From Stramenopiles sp. TOSAG23-3 (taxonomy: Eukaryota): a stretch of DNA of 35,489 bases. The notes below the pieces were generated by a model, which was not told where the DNA came from, ran no database searches, and saw nothing but the letters and a program-made list of their open reading frames with translations. This document shows, piece by piece, positions 12,201 through 21,406 of this stretch (positions are counted from its first letter, which is position 1; every line of letters begins with the position of its first letter). The translations under genes were made by a program, and so were the position numbers. The stretch spans positions 1 to 35,489 of the forward strand of contig LT642199.1 of NCBI GenBank assembly GCA_900128585.1. Direction: 5' to 3'.

Positions 12201-12459
12201 CTATTTCCATTTCCGCGTTAATGTTCATTTCGATCCCGCGGGGGGTCGCACTCTTGCGCTCGCTGCTATAATGGTTCTTGTGGATGATGATGCCGTTCTC
12301 CGGCACCACAATCTTCTTGCCCGGCTGCTTTCTACTACTTCTAATATTCGCGTTCAACAAACTATTGACCCGCCTCCGGCCGGCCGTCTCCGAGAGGGCC
12401 GTCGCCGACGCGAGCGTTATTGCCAGCGCGAGGCATAGTACGACTCGTGCCAACGTCAT
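6241..12459 (-). CDS. Large secreted coiled-coil protein with WSC and C-terminal fibrinogen-like domains (2072 aa)
   Basis: Signal peptide MTLARVVLCLALAITLASATA. Long Ala/Glu/Lys coiled coils and Cys-rich patches. WSC pattern MTPDKCAAAC...YAGVKAGKYCVCG...CSMPCAGDAKTACG. Fibrinogen/intelectin-like PKTCKQL...DGIYTI...VYCDMTTDGGGWTL. Uninterrupted 6.2-kb ORF. Confidence 0.85.
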   Translation of the reverse strand: MTLARVVLCLALAITLASATALSETAGRRRVNSLLNANIRSSRKQPGKKIVVPENGIIIHKNHYSSERKSATPRGIEMNINAEMEIVDRQPADALLIYEPNKDIVPKLRFDLPFTNTTAYFYENKDWVVTTDEVMRMSDIIAKMTARYEHAICYCRAENEGEFLTCRCEHHAEEAPAPKVKHFNMSDYHHLLKPRHPKPQPAPMTEEERRRREEQALKKREEQAVKEQEKARERQELEQSKQWEDCFKRGDCEFGKAPAPKRVKKLPEGPLGPTVDFGNDTSPLVDSCDHQCSVTTLGNYTVCYAACQVRLCAAKRKAAVAREAGIMDELAQVGETLATTADATMYQARREPGEAYHNQLTAQRKALVAAQADAIKAQKDAEACHGKWTAQKTKQEVALHTEIERQRHMTMRTTFQKGDLSHLEDDALAARLRAAKRTLEKVRVEYTRMTGEAIADSKGDAAAAQCFLSKTTERKELTQKLKANGRQLTRASERLAACEVRGSTSSAVCSAENVLKLTKIKDDHKKVQETLRAKWAQVSECVTQHDCAREKLNVLKQELAETNTFEDEVAPIKTKDLLGNIPLVPKVKESLPEAVQALGGATGATGIRGFSSEEEAEFRYKSHTAKKCENRGNQVEISLIKGGQVGKTCSPEFDNCFMADDDLVVRVSCQSNDPSQTAGIYTFSDSPKNATNDMGTAIPDMIWHETAALKTAQGAALKAGAKCWMHVYGCDRKDCLGLRPHHEPEHYVGTYEIAVANGRSQVHVNQNCGFAKPAGCGWLTYSVKSKCAGLGKYLNATSLEDLKAQEEKKNPENATADGPLVGILNGDDESLLETKGNPWLSARSPFIATSNSHEWRDVDAKFPKVDGGAKVTMKRAMLERDVATVEAWLNATVTRAESERGNYSAISGAEKKAKVENARAFKVVRCLNLARGTTLFSTLEKQLMKEGIIRASKGKDGLPNGFVANESPLKEACAAVESGAHFADALGMNAQFLELSSKTTMAGVAGRVQYAAHMDFVSFLQNAEARVMEKKGMAHQQLQKVHWELNQISEMLAEKGVSAVVTSDSPVASRLSPEAFAMVAARDSLAAELAHPGEFRFKQSVSVDAKAQAMVQQAAHIDSGDFAMLVNATLSCLCYDEMGSAPSEVAMESTACGPAPTPYPVTSKFHSTPAFPLSHLPPSRNELAERKRAEMRKRVAAVQKKLEEDVKSMTEESQKRAELTTRDMVKAMKELRAKRDALREETEKYKKHVANTIKGDKSKLRKERQDFNSREEEDHKLEEARKKHMRELEKMRQDTLKLEDDLRLRDAKTEEAWRREQDRLDELYISERSRRDKLALGYAQSSEKYKLEIMQKQRSMRGAYESELNKLERLRDEGVSGGMKDLTGDKCKNCDSKKKLRGRVPYVRHAGETASMSPEEMKSEQERETGNRRGSPVAGPNSRFPKFWKYGKSANRFAAVGAPVWIPLPCTGSVIQGSLTLETNCDLRGKVERGEAVRIGRQVFHVRRRGGEFTDKILPLNAPAGTSQVGATVMKLLAGTGSETFGTVEVGCYKETLDRSNSALVTLEGEARDALKEAKDAKDNDVRLQKALKAAEAAKTSLSDSESDKSGDAVTMRTKLKKMEEEVQGLKAAEESSNHRMTEMTEAAKNAKKAAEKAENLLAAKSGGSKTPDDLPVVLPYTAHVAQEDMTPDKCAAACYRQNVNFTYAGVKAGKYCVCGEDMPTADKAPMSSCSMPCAGDAKTACGADNYVMVFNYTVETPPPGLTPDEACAENSPCKRNMTNAKSLLDKERKAVDAQRRKWEEAVVRLARPKTCKQLQGLATGGGDGIYTIFPPEHTTFGAACADDNGNGYSDDCARMYKGTEVYCDMTTDGGGWTLLGYAQHGELSGRLLTTNGKWSPSERKGSANINSLWVVQASESMAYSWNSAYKAAENLESTGSLQSYQKVVKFGIPTPKDQSVAPELHSARNCNDRDSQDSSYFSPVDVTCLKGNCNLPRKMYTGTGTMGVCNGHAYGLVGVPPSKSKCDWSVDAQQGYTSFYVSVDHTPKCAGIVDSKRASGSSDAEIPSVVGIWVR

Positions 12460-13335
12460 CTTTTCTACAACGGCAAGGACGAGCGGCTAGGCTAGCTGAC
12501 ACTACTATTGTGTGCTAAACCAAACGAACCAATTCTTTCCAACAGCAGACTAGACCAGAGATAAAGAAAAAACAACCCGCCCTTCTTCACAAGGATGCTA
12601 CAATACGATTACAGCAACACGAATGAATACAACGAACTAACTCTGTAAAGTGAACGTACTCTCGGACGAGCTAAGCTAACTACTCTAACTCTCACTCTCT
12701 CTCTCTCTGCACTATGTAAAGAACAAAGGACAACTATCTAATCAAGAATCACACACACTGTCTCTCTCTCTCTTTCCAACTTTCTTTCGTGAACAAGACC
12801 ATCTATCTACCTTTCTCTTTATAAAGGTCATTAACTCACTTGGTACCTACCTCACCTACCTAACCTTCATTTTACTTCCTTCACTTCCTCTAATGGATTC
12901 TTTTAAAATTTCTTCTTCTAAAAAGGTCTTTTTGTTCGTAGGATGTTAAAGTAAGCATAGCATTGGAAAAGAGATTCTGAAGGTTAATTATTTAACCCTG
13001 TAATGTCGGTACTGTGTTAGTATAGTATGTATTATGTATTAATGTGATAGGGTTGTTGAAGTATTAAGTACAGTTTATAGTGTTATGATATACAAGTATA
13101 ATTTATATTATATATCCTATGTATATATATTGTTTGTATGTATTAATTAATCTATATTTATATTGTATTGTTAATTTATTATATAAGTACATTGATTGAC
13201 ATCCCCCCCCTTTTTTTAATTTTTAGAATCAATTTCATTCCGTTACCTCTTTCCTTCTTTTTATTTCATTTAATTTAATTTAATTTAAATAGGGAGTTTA
13301 TATAGGAAAGGATGGTTTTATAGATGAGATGAAAT

Positions 13336-13523
13336 AAGGAAGGAAGGAAGTGAAGGAAGGGAAGGAAGTGAAGGAAGGAAGTGAAGGAAGGAAGGAAGGA
13401 AGTGAAGGAAGGAAGGAAGGAAGTGAAGGAAGGAAGGAAGTGAAGGAAGGAAGGAAGGAAGTGAAGGAAGGAAGGAAGGAAGTGAAGGAAGGAAGGAAGG
13501 AAGGAAGTGAAGGGAGGAAGGAA
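13336..13523. repeat. (GGAA)n microsatellite with periodic GT interruptions
   Basis: Directly visible GAAG runs punctuated by GAAGTGAAG. Confidence 0.95.
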
Positions 13524-13948
13524 TTAGTTTTGTTTTTATTATAATTATTTAAATACATATATTCATAGTCTAAATCTACTAAGTCTGAATCGAAATCGAA
13601 ATCGGAAAGCGATGATTAATTCATTCCATTCCATTTTCTTTCTTTCTTTCTTTTTTTATTTATCCAAAAGTTTATTTCATTTTAAACTCCAGCCTATTTA
13701 GGTTCTATCCTATTTTATACGAAGCGACAAAGGAAAGCAAAACCAACCACCCAACCACCCAGAAGAGAAGAGCCGCAGCAATTAATTTTCATTGAAACTG
13801 TACTTATCATTCGTATACTATTAATACATATATCCAATATAATTTATTTTCCACTTAAATACTGTTGATATCTAGCTGTATAGTGTACATATAAATATAT
13901 ATATATAAAATATCATAGCATCAAGATCAAAGCATGATGATTCGACTC

Positions 13949-14019
<71 letters not shown>

Positions 14020-14080
14020 NNNNNNNNNNNNNNNNNNNNNNNNNNNNNNNNNNNNNNNNNNNNNNNNNNNNNNNNNNNNN

Positions 14081-14155
<75 letters not shown>

Positions 14156-14157
14156 TC
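13949..14157. repeat. (CTTT)n microsatellite spanning an assembly gap
   Basis: Pure CTTT runs on both sides of the N block. Confidence 0.95.
14020..14080. other. Assembly gap (61 N)
   Basis: Run of N inside the microsatellite; true length and contiguity are uncertain. Confidence 0.99.
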
Positions 14158-14832
14158 GAAGCTGAAGTAGGTAGGTATAAAATATAATGTAGGGTTATGT
14201 AATAGGGCTGGAGATAAAGGAGACTGGAGAGATAAGAAACTAAGCTACAATTAAGGTATGAACAAATTAGAATTTTGGATGTATGTCTGTTATGTATTTA
14301 TATGCTGTGTGTATATATTTAGAGGTATACTTTTGTTTTCTACTAAAATTATTTTTTAGTTCTATTCCTATATAAGAACTTATTACATTCTAATTTAAAT
14401 ATATCAATTTAAAAATAATTTCATTGAAATCCCATTATAAACAAAACAATCCCTTATCATTAAAAAGGGTATCATTTTAACTCAATATATTTAATTATAT
14501 AATCATATCCTTAACATAAAAACGTACCATCCGCCATCCATTAAACAAAATAAACAAAATAAACAAAAATAATAATAAATAATTTGCTCTTCTCTTCTTC
14601 TTATAGTTAATATAGCAATACCATCATAATACATATGAAGCTGTATAATAAATAATAATAAAATTAAAGAAATAAAAGAAGTCAAGTATTATTATACAAC
14701 ATAAGCACAGCATTAGACTACAACAAAGAAGAAGAAGAGATTGGATTGGATTGGATTCGCAATTAGATTGTGGATAACAGAATTTTACAAATAGTTCGAT
14801 AGACAGATAGTGTAGATAGAGTGACAGATCGT

Positions 14833-14864
<32 letters not shown>

Positions 14865-14921
14865 GACGTGGACAAGTGAAAGTAATCTATCACCTTTAAC
14901 GTTCAACTTCAAAGAGATATT

Positions 14922-14951
<30 letters not shown>
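14833..14951. repeat. (TAGA)n (14833-14864) and (TA)n (14924-14951) microsatellites upstream of dyskerin
   Basis: Directly visible tandem runs. Confidence 0.9.
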
Positions 14952-14953
<2 letters not shown>

Positions 14954-15014
14954 TTTCTACATTGAAAATAACTGTTCTACTCTTTTCTCTCTCGCACCAA
15001 GAAGAAGACAGAAG

Positions 15015-16394
15015 ATGCCGAGTACGACCTCCGTAGGAGACGCGCAAGTGGCGGGGAACTTTATGATAAAGCCGTCCAACGAGAAGAACGTAGTGGACAC
15101 TTCCCAGTGGCCGTTGCTGCTGAAGAACTACGACAAACTCAACGTCCGCACCGGGCACTACACCCCGATCCCGTCCGGGTCCTCCCCACTCAAGCGAAAC
15201 TTGAAGGATTATTTGTCGTACGGGGTCATCAACTTGGACAAGCCGGCGAACCCGAGCAGCCACGAAGTCGTCGCCTGGATACGCAGGATCCTGCGCGTGG
15301 AGAAGACCGGCCACAGTGGTACCCTCGACCCGAAGGTCACCGGGTGCCTGATCGTATGCATCAACCGGGCGACCCGGCTGGTAAAGGCGCAGCAAGGCGC
15401 GGGGAAGGAGTACGTTGCGGTGGTAAAGTTCCACGGCGCGATCGAGAAGGAGGCGAAGGTGGCCCAAGCCATCGAAACCCTCACCGGGGCCCTGTTCCAG
15501 CGCCCGCCGCTGATTAGTGCAGTGAAGCGCCAGCTGCGCGTGCGGACGATTTACAAGAGCACCTTGATCGAGTTCGACCAAAAGCGGTCGCTCGGGGTCT
15601 TCCACGTCAGCTGCCAGGCCGGGACCTACATCCGGACCCTCTGCGTCCACCTCGGCCTGCTGACCGGGACCGGGGGCCACATGCAAGAGCTTCGCCGCGT
15701 GCGAAGTGGGGCCCTGGACGAGGGCAAGCACCTGGTGACCATGCACGACGTCCTGGACGCGCAGTACCAGTACGACAACCATAAAGACGAGAGCTACCTG
15801 CGCCGGGTGGTCATGCCGCTGGAGGTCCTTCTGGTAGGGTACAAGCGCATCGTGCTGAAGGACAGCGCCGTCAACGCCATCTGCTACGGGGCCAAGCTGA
15901 TGATCCCCGGCCTCCTGCGGTACAGCGACGGGATCGACGTCAACGAGGAAGTCGTCCTCATGACCACGAAGGGGGAGGCCGTCGCGATAGGAGTGGCCCA
16001 GATGAACACGGCCGTCATGTCCTCCATCGACCATGGCGTGGTAGCGAAGATCAAGCGAGTCATCATGGAGCGCGACACGTACCCACGAAGGTGGGGGCTA
16101 GGCCCCATCGCGTCGAAGAAGAAGTCCATGATCAAAGACGGCAAACTCGACAAGCACGGGAAGCCTAATTCGAGCACCCCCTCCTCGTGGGCGTCGGAGC
16201 AGCCGGATATTTCCAAAGCACCAAAAATCGAAGAGGTAGGCGGAGACGATAGAAAACGCAAGGTAGAAAGTGATTCTTCCCCAGAAGGCAGCCCAGAAAA
16301 GGCGAAGAAGGCAAAGAAGGAAAAGAAGGAAAAGAAAGAGAAGAAAGAGAAAAAGTCGAAGAAGGACAAGAAAAAGAAGAAGAGCAAAGATTAA
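15015..16394 (+). CDS. CBF5: H/ACA RNP pseudouridine synthase dyskerin/Cbf5
   Basis: [43 protein letters not shown], catalytic [28 protein letters not shown] domain ([18 protein letters not shown]), YPRRWGLGP and KKE-rich tail. Confidence 0.99.
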   Translation: MPSTTSVGDAQVAGNFMIKPSNEKNVVDTSQWPLLLKNYDKLNVRTGHYTPIPSGSSPLKRNLKDYLSYGVINLDKPANPSSHEVVAWIRRILRVEKTGHSGTLDPKVTGCLIVCINRATRLVKAQQGAGKEYVAVVKFHGAIEKEAKVAQAIETLTGALFQRPPLISAVKRQLRVRTIYKSTLIEFDQKRSLGVFHVSCQAGTYIRTLCVHLGLLTGTGGHMQELRRVRSGALDEGKHLVTMHDVLDAQYQYDNHKDESYLRRVVMPLEVLLVGYKRIVLKDSAVNAICYGAKLMIPGLLRYSDGIDVNEEVVLMTTKGEAVAIGVAQMNTAVMSSIDHGVVAKIKRVIMERDTYPRRWGLGPIASKKKSMIKDGKLDKHGKPNSSTPSSWASEQPDISKAPKIEEVGGDDRKRKVESDSSPEGSPEKAKKAKKEKKEKKEKKEKKSKKDKKKKKSKD

Positions 16395-16656
16395 AAAGGA
16401 AAAAGGGAAACCCACTAACTTCGATGGAAAAGGCTGGCGAACGCGTGGTTCGTGTCCCGGCACCAGGCGCTTACTTCGCCCCCAGGCATGTCTCTGTAAA
16501 AAATAAACTCTTTTTTTAAACATGTAATATCATATGTGTGTTTGATAAATTTTCAAAGCCTTTTATATTTCGTATTAAGTTATTTACCACAGCGCGCACG
16601 TTTTAAACTTTTTGCAGTTTTCCGTGCCTGTCCTCCTGGTTTCGTCTGCCACACCT

Positions 16657-17847
16657 TCACTCTATTCGGACGGCATCGGCCTGGAGCTTCCGTATCCTTA
16701 GCTTCGTTTTGAAGTCTGTGATGTCGAGGACTTGGCACAGAAAGTCGGCCGCGGTCTCGTTACTATGGTCCATCGCTAAGTCCAGCGGAGTCTTTTCATC
16801 AAAGTCGCGGTCTTCCCACTTGAACTTGTCCCTTGCATTGTCCCAAAGGTACTCCAACGACGCTATTATCCCCCCCAACGCCGCGTAGTGGATGACGTTC
16901 CGGCCCCGGTACCCGAGTTGGTAGAAGTTTACCACCCCGTCGACCCCACCCCCTTCTTCCGTTCCCACGTTGATGAAGTACGCCAAGGCTTCTATGTGCC
17001 CGTTCAATGCACAGAACATTACTGGGGTTTCCCCCAACTCGTTTTCCTGGTCCAGGGACACGCCTAAACTCTGACAATATTTGACGATATGAGTATGCCC
17101 GTTGTACGCGGCTTCGTGCACCATGTTCTCTCCCGCAATGTTTTGTTTCATAAAATCCACACTGAATTCATAGCCATACTCTATAATTCTCTGGTGGCCC
17201 CGCCATGCACCTTTCAAGCAAATGTTTCGCCCGTGGTCGTCGCAAACATGAAGGTCGCAGCCCTTCTCTGCAAACAACCACTCCATCGTTCGCAATTCAT
17301 TGTTCGCGGCCGCCCAAAGAATCGGCATATCTCCACCAAACCGTGACGGCAACTTGAGCGCCTCGTCAAACCCAGGCGTCTCCTGCAACACTATCAGCTC
17401 ATTCAGAAACCCATACCCCGCCAAAGAAAATATCTCGTCCGCGAGCTTTTGCAACCGTTCCTTCTCCTTCTGGGCATCGTCTAACCGTTTCTGTGCCCTG
17501 AGACGTTTGGCGCGCTTCATTGCCTTTCGTTTTGCTTCCCGCTCTTTTTCCTCCGCCAAGGCCTCGTCGAACGTAGACTGGTTGGCCACGGCCGCTCTCT
17601 TCATGTCGGCCACTGCTTCTGCATTGCGACGCCTGTACTCCTGCGCGGCTTTGAGAGATTTTCCCTGCAAATCCCCTTCACTATCGCTGCTGCTGTCGCT
17701 GTCGTCGCTGCTGTTATCCCCTTTCGGCTTTGCATTTTTCAAAATGGAAGTAGGCGTGGCTGTCGACGATTTATTTGTGCGCACCCGCTCCACCCCTGTC
17801 CCATTGCCAACCACAATTTTTACACGTCTTCCGACTTTCGATGACAT
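16657..17847 (-). CDS. Ankyrin-repeat protein with N-terminal acidic/coiled-coil region
   Basis: About 6-7 ankyrin-like repeats (GDMPILWAAANN, GRNICLKGAWRGH, GENMVHEAAYNGH, GETPVMFCALNGH, GRNVIHYAALGG, EKTPLDLAM). First ATG at 17847 (MSSKVGRR); the ORF-track start at 17958 is not ATG. Confidence 0.88.
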   Translation of the reverse strand: MSSKVGRRVKIVVGNGTGVERVRTNKSSTATPTSILKNAKPKGDNSSDDSDSSSDSEGDLQGKSLKAAQEYRRRNAEAVADMKRAAVANQSTFDEALAEEKEREAKRKAMKRAKRLRAQKRLDDAQKEKERLQKLADEIFSLAGYGFLNELIVLQETPGFDEALKLPSRFGGDMPILWAAANNELRTMEWLFAEKGCDLHVCDDHGRNICLKGAWRGHQRIIEYGYEFSVDFMKQNIAGENMVHEAAYNGHTHIVKYCQSLGVSLDQENELGETPVMFCALNGHIEALAYFINVGTEEGGGVDGVVNFYQLGYRGRNVIHYAALGGIIASLEYLWDNARDKFKWEDRDFDEKTPLDLAMDHSNETAADFLCQVLDITDFKTKLRIRKLQADAVRIE

Positions 17848-18685
17848 TTGTTCTAGGAAGACGGGGGGGGCGAGAGAGAAACCAATGAGATAATAAGTAA
17901 GCAGTCCTATCACGCCCAACAAGAATTCCTGAAAACAACCTTCCCTACAAAGAAACAAACAGTATTAATAATTATATATTCGTCGTCTATAGATATATAA
18001 AGCTAATGATAAACATTAGAATTCTTTGTACCGTACCGCCGACCGCCAGTTGGTTGGAATAATGAAGTTTTCATATTCAATTTCAAAGTAGTACCTAGAA
18101 GAAAGAAGGAAGAAAGAGGAGGCAGGTACAGGTAGGTATAATAGGCTATAGGAGAAGAATTTAAAATATTCGTTCTTCTATCTAGTCTCTTCTGTTCTGT
18201 CTTCTAGTAGTCGTCTGTTCTTCTAGGCTCTAGTGGATCTAGACTCTAGGCTCTTCTAGCCCCCACCACACAGAACACAGAGAGGAGGAGTTAGAATAAA
18301 ATAATAAATCCGTTTTGTTGTTGAGGATAATTTTTTAATGGTATGTCTATATATAAGCTATATGAATATATTAATATAAAAATATAAAAGATCATCATAT
18401 TTATTATTTTATTAAATATGAATATATCTAATATCTACACACCATTATTTATAATAAAAAAATAGAATACTACTACTTTTTTACGACGACACGAACGATG
18501 GATGATCTATATATATATTTTTACAACATGCATGTGGAAAATATAAATTATGATTTTATATATAGATGTGTGTTCATGATGAATTGAAGAACATGGTTTA
18601 ACATTTCTACCATTCGTCACGGAAAAACATTTTTTTTTTCATTCACACTTAACACTTCCGCGCGCACGTCTTGACTGAATGAACG

Positions 18686-20377
18686 ATGACGCATAGGGTC
18701 AAAAAGCAAGACTTGGCATATGCCAAGCAAACCCTGAAGCGTCTGGTGGATGCGGACAGAAAGAGAATTTCCAGCAGGAAGATGAAATCGTCTACGCGTA
18801 TTCGCCACTCGCTGGAGTGGAACGTCAATAAGATAAAACGGGTATTGCACGACAAAATAGTTAGTCGGGTCCGGAGACCCCAGGATACCATGCGCGTTGC
18901 ATACAAAATATTCGGCGTGCCAAAAGATGGAATCAACAAAGCGTCCTTTAAAAAGTCGATGAGGCGCCTCGACATGAATTTGTCGGAGGAAGAGTTTGAG
19001 GAAATATTTGCTATCTTTGATCCAGATGGGAGCGGGATTGTGACATTCCAAGAGTTTATAAACGCCCTCATTCCCCGAGGCTTCTCGGAGAAGACCTGGA
19101 CGGAGAAGCGAGCAGCAGAAATACACGAACATTCCCGTAACTACATTCACCCGGACGCCCCCAACTTTCCGGCTTCAATGAAAAACTTTCGCTGGTCGCT
19201 GTCGGAGATCGAAAGTATGATACGGGAAAAAATGATGAATCACTGCAAACGGCCGGAGGACCAGTTCCGCGCCGGGTTCCAGCTCTTTGGGCGCCCAAAG
19301 CATGGTATAGGCCCAGAAGTCTTGCTGAAAACGTTGCGAAAGTTAGGGATATCATTGACACGCGACGAGGCCATTAACCTTATGGTCAAGCATGATACGG
19401 ACGGAAGCGGAAAACTTGATTTTGAAGAGTTCGCAAAATCCCTTATGCCGAAAGATTACTCGAGAGACCCCTGGTCGTACAAACGGAGCAAACAGTTCCA
19501 ACAGGAGCTGAGAGCGCGGCAACTTCGTGTAGGGGTTAATGTCGTGAAAGAACACGCATCGCTTCTTAAAGAAAGGTCCCAAAAGCGGGAAGACGCGCGG
19601 GTTCAACAAATCCACGATCGCACGGAGAGGTTCAGACAGGCGCAGCAGCGCCTAAACACCACTTTCCATGCTCAGCAAAGGAAAAATTTCATCAAAGAGC
19701 GGAGGCGAAAGACTGGCGCCCGGCCTAAGTCGGTGCTCACGAGCTTGTACAATAAACGGGCGATGAGCACGATAGATGCAAGGGTTTCACCACTTAAAGT
19801 TTCCCAATCCATGAAGTACACGAGGAAGCCTCGGGCCCGCTCTGCCTATGGATCGAGAAGCGGCGTTACCGTGGACGGCATGATGCGAAGCAAGTCGTCC
19901 AGTGGGCTGACCATGAACAAAACTGTCGGGTTTGACATGACTGCGACCGCTGGTGGGAGTGCCATCGACAGCGAACGAAGCGAACACAGTGGGACCAGCG
20001 GCGGCATATTAAAAAATAAACGGCACCGTGCCCAATCAGCGTATGGCCAGCGGTCAACTGGCCCCTCCGCAAACGAGCAATCAAAGTTTGGAGGCGGTAG
20101 CAGCGCGTCAAGCAGGAGCGGAAGTTCCCCGGGTCAACGCCCCTTTAGTGCTGCGCCAGGTAGAGTCTCCAAGCGTCACCTCCAGGAAGCGCTACAATTT
20201 TCCTCGGGGTCCCCACAGGCTGTTCAAGGGGCATCGTCTTATCTGGAGAAAAAATTAAGTAGACACAGTAAACGGCCGAAAACCCCAATGATGCTCTCCG
20301 GGCTCAGTCTTAGAACTGTTCAAAGGGATGTGAAATCGGACACAAGGGTCAAACACCATCGTGGATGGGGAGTATAA
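18686..20377 (+). CDS. EF-hand protein with two duplicated EF-hand pairs and a basic disordered tail
   Basis: Canonical loops DPDGSGIVTFQEF and DTDGSGKLDFEEF, each preceded by a degenerate hand (FGVPKDGI / FGRPKHGI). Ser/Arg/Gly-rich C-terminus. Confidence 0.85.
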   Translation: MTHRVKKQDLAYAKQTLKRLVDADRKRISSRKMKSSTRIRHSLEWNVNKIKRVLHDKIVSRVRRPQDTMRVAYKIFGVPKDGINKASFKKSMRRLDMNLSEEEFEEIFAIFDPDGSGIVTFQEFINALIPRGFSEKTWTEKRAAEIHEHSRNYIHPDAPNFPASMKNFRWSLSEIESMIREKMMNHCKRPEDQFRAGFQLFGRPKHGIGPEVLLKTLRKLGISLTRDEAINLMVKHDTDGSGKLDFEEFAKSLMPKDYSRDPWSYKRSKQFQQELRARQLRVGVNVVKEHASLLKERSQKREDARVQQIHDRTERFRQAQQRLNTTFHAQQRKNFIKERRRKTGARPKSVLTSLYNKRAMSTIDARVSPLKVSQSMKYTRKPRARSAYGSRSGVTVDGMMRSKSSSGLTMNKTVGFDMTATAGGSAIDSERSEHSGTSGGILKNKRHRAQSAYGQRSTGPSANEQSKFGGGSSASSRSGSSPGQRPFSAAPGRVSKRHLQEALQFSSGSPQAVQGASSYLEKKLSRHSKRPKTPMMLSGLSLRTVQRDVKSDTRVKHHRGWGV

Positions 20378-20539
20378 AAAGCAGGAGGGGGATCGCTTTT
20401 TTTTAAAAACAAAAATCATAATTCTTACGCTGTTATTTTGGCAACCAATCTTAAGACAATATGAATACAAGCGCAAGGGGGTGCTCTGCTTTTCGCATTA
20501 CCCCCGTATCTCTGGCGGCGTCTATTTAAACACTTTATT

Positions 20540-21406
20540 TTACAGCGCCTCTCGTGGCTCTACGTTGTGAAGCAAGACCGAAGATTCTTCGTTCGTTCTG
20601 TCAGGGTTCACATTTTCTTTGACGGGGGAACTCTCTCCGGCAAGCTCAAATATTGTTAACGAGTACTTCAAAAATATAAACCCCGTTGATACAAATGTGA
20701 TCAGCAGAAGGTTAAACGGGTGAATGCTCTCTTGAAAGTAACGAATCGTTGGTTTTGAAGCGAGCACTAATATAGTCCCAGCGCATGCCGCGAAATAACA
20801 GCCGATGAGCTTCAAGGAAAGAGGCATGGACGAGTGAAAGAACCGAAAGCAGCCCGTCAGGATCATTGCAAACGCAAATGCGAAATGCAACCATTTTGCG
20901 TACTCACTGGGCTGGTAGTGCATCAAAATCACAATCCCCACCCCAATCAAGCCAACGCCCAACCCCCTCTCGGCGATTTCTTTAACAACGACCAGGCACC
21001 GGCGAATTTTCACCTTCCTCTGTCTTACAACAATCAATGCCATGTTCGCCACACCAACGATCACCAAAACACCCCCGACCGCAACGTGACCCTTGTCAGC
21101 AGCGGACCATGCGTTTGATTGCCAGTCGTGCTGCGTAAACAAAAGAATTATTCCAACCGGGAATGTCACGACCATATCGCAAGAGTGCATAGATGGCCTG
21201 GTCCACTTTTGCGAATAGCGCAAAGCCAAATACAGACTGTAGTACCAAATTAATGACCCCAGAAGAAAGTGCGAAGACACGTTTCCAAGGAAGTGTTTTC
21301 TAATTCCTGGTATGGACAGTGATAAAACCCATAAAACGGCAGGGAGCGACGACCACACTGTAACAATGTAACAAAGTAGAAGGCAGCGCGGAGTGTACTT
21401 ACACAT
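20540..21406 (-). CDS. Multi-pass membrane protein, Ytp1/TMEM45-like
   Basis: About 7-8 hydrophobic segments with spaced His residues: HFLLGSLIWYY, QHDWQSNAWSAADKGH, MHYQPSEYAKWLH. These recall fungal Ytp1 motifs (from memory, not searched). Confidence 0.7.
   Translation of the reverse strand: MCKYTPRCLLLCYIVTVWSSLPAVLWVLSLSIPGIRKHFLGNVSSHFLLGSLIWYYSLYLALRYSQKWTRPSMHSCDMVVTFPVGIILLFTQHDWQSNAWSAADKGHVAVGGVLVIVGVANMALIVVRQRKVKIRRCLVVVKEIAERGLGVGLIGVGIVILMHYQPSEYAKWLHFAFAFAMILTGCFRFFHSSMPLSLKLIGCYFAACAGTILVLASKPTIRYFQESIHPFNLLLITFVSTGFIFLKYSLTIFELAGESSPVKENVNPDRTNEESSVLLHNVEPREAL

Noticed and set aside
7366-12438. Several long + strand ORFs (264-409 aa) opposite the 2072-aa gene
   Set aside because: Antisense shadows of a GC-rich CDS with no recognisable motifs.
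13298-14170. ORFs with SFLP/KEGR/SFFL repeats; possible CRISPR-like periodicity
   Set aside because: Translations of microsatellites; no unique spacers, and the context is eukaryotic.
14832-16034. 400-aa antisense ORF over dyskerin
   Set aside because: Shadow ORF caused by GC3 bias; it runs into TA/TAGA microsatellites and has no domain features.
20405-20441. AAAAACAAAAAT...GCTGTTATTTTGG after the EF-hand stop as a seventh element copy
   Set aside because: The central AATTGG is missing; too degenerate in AT-rich DNA to count.
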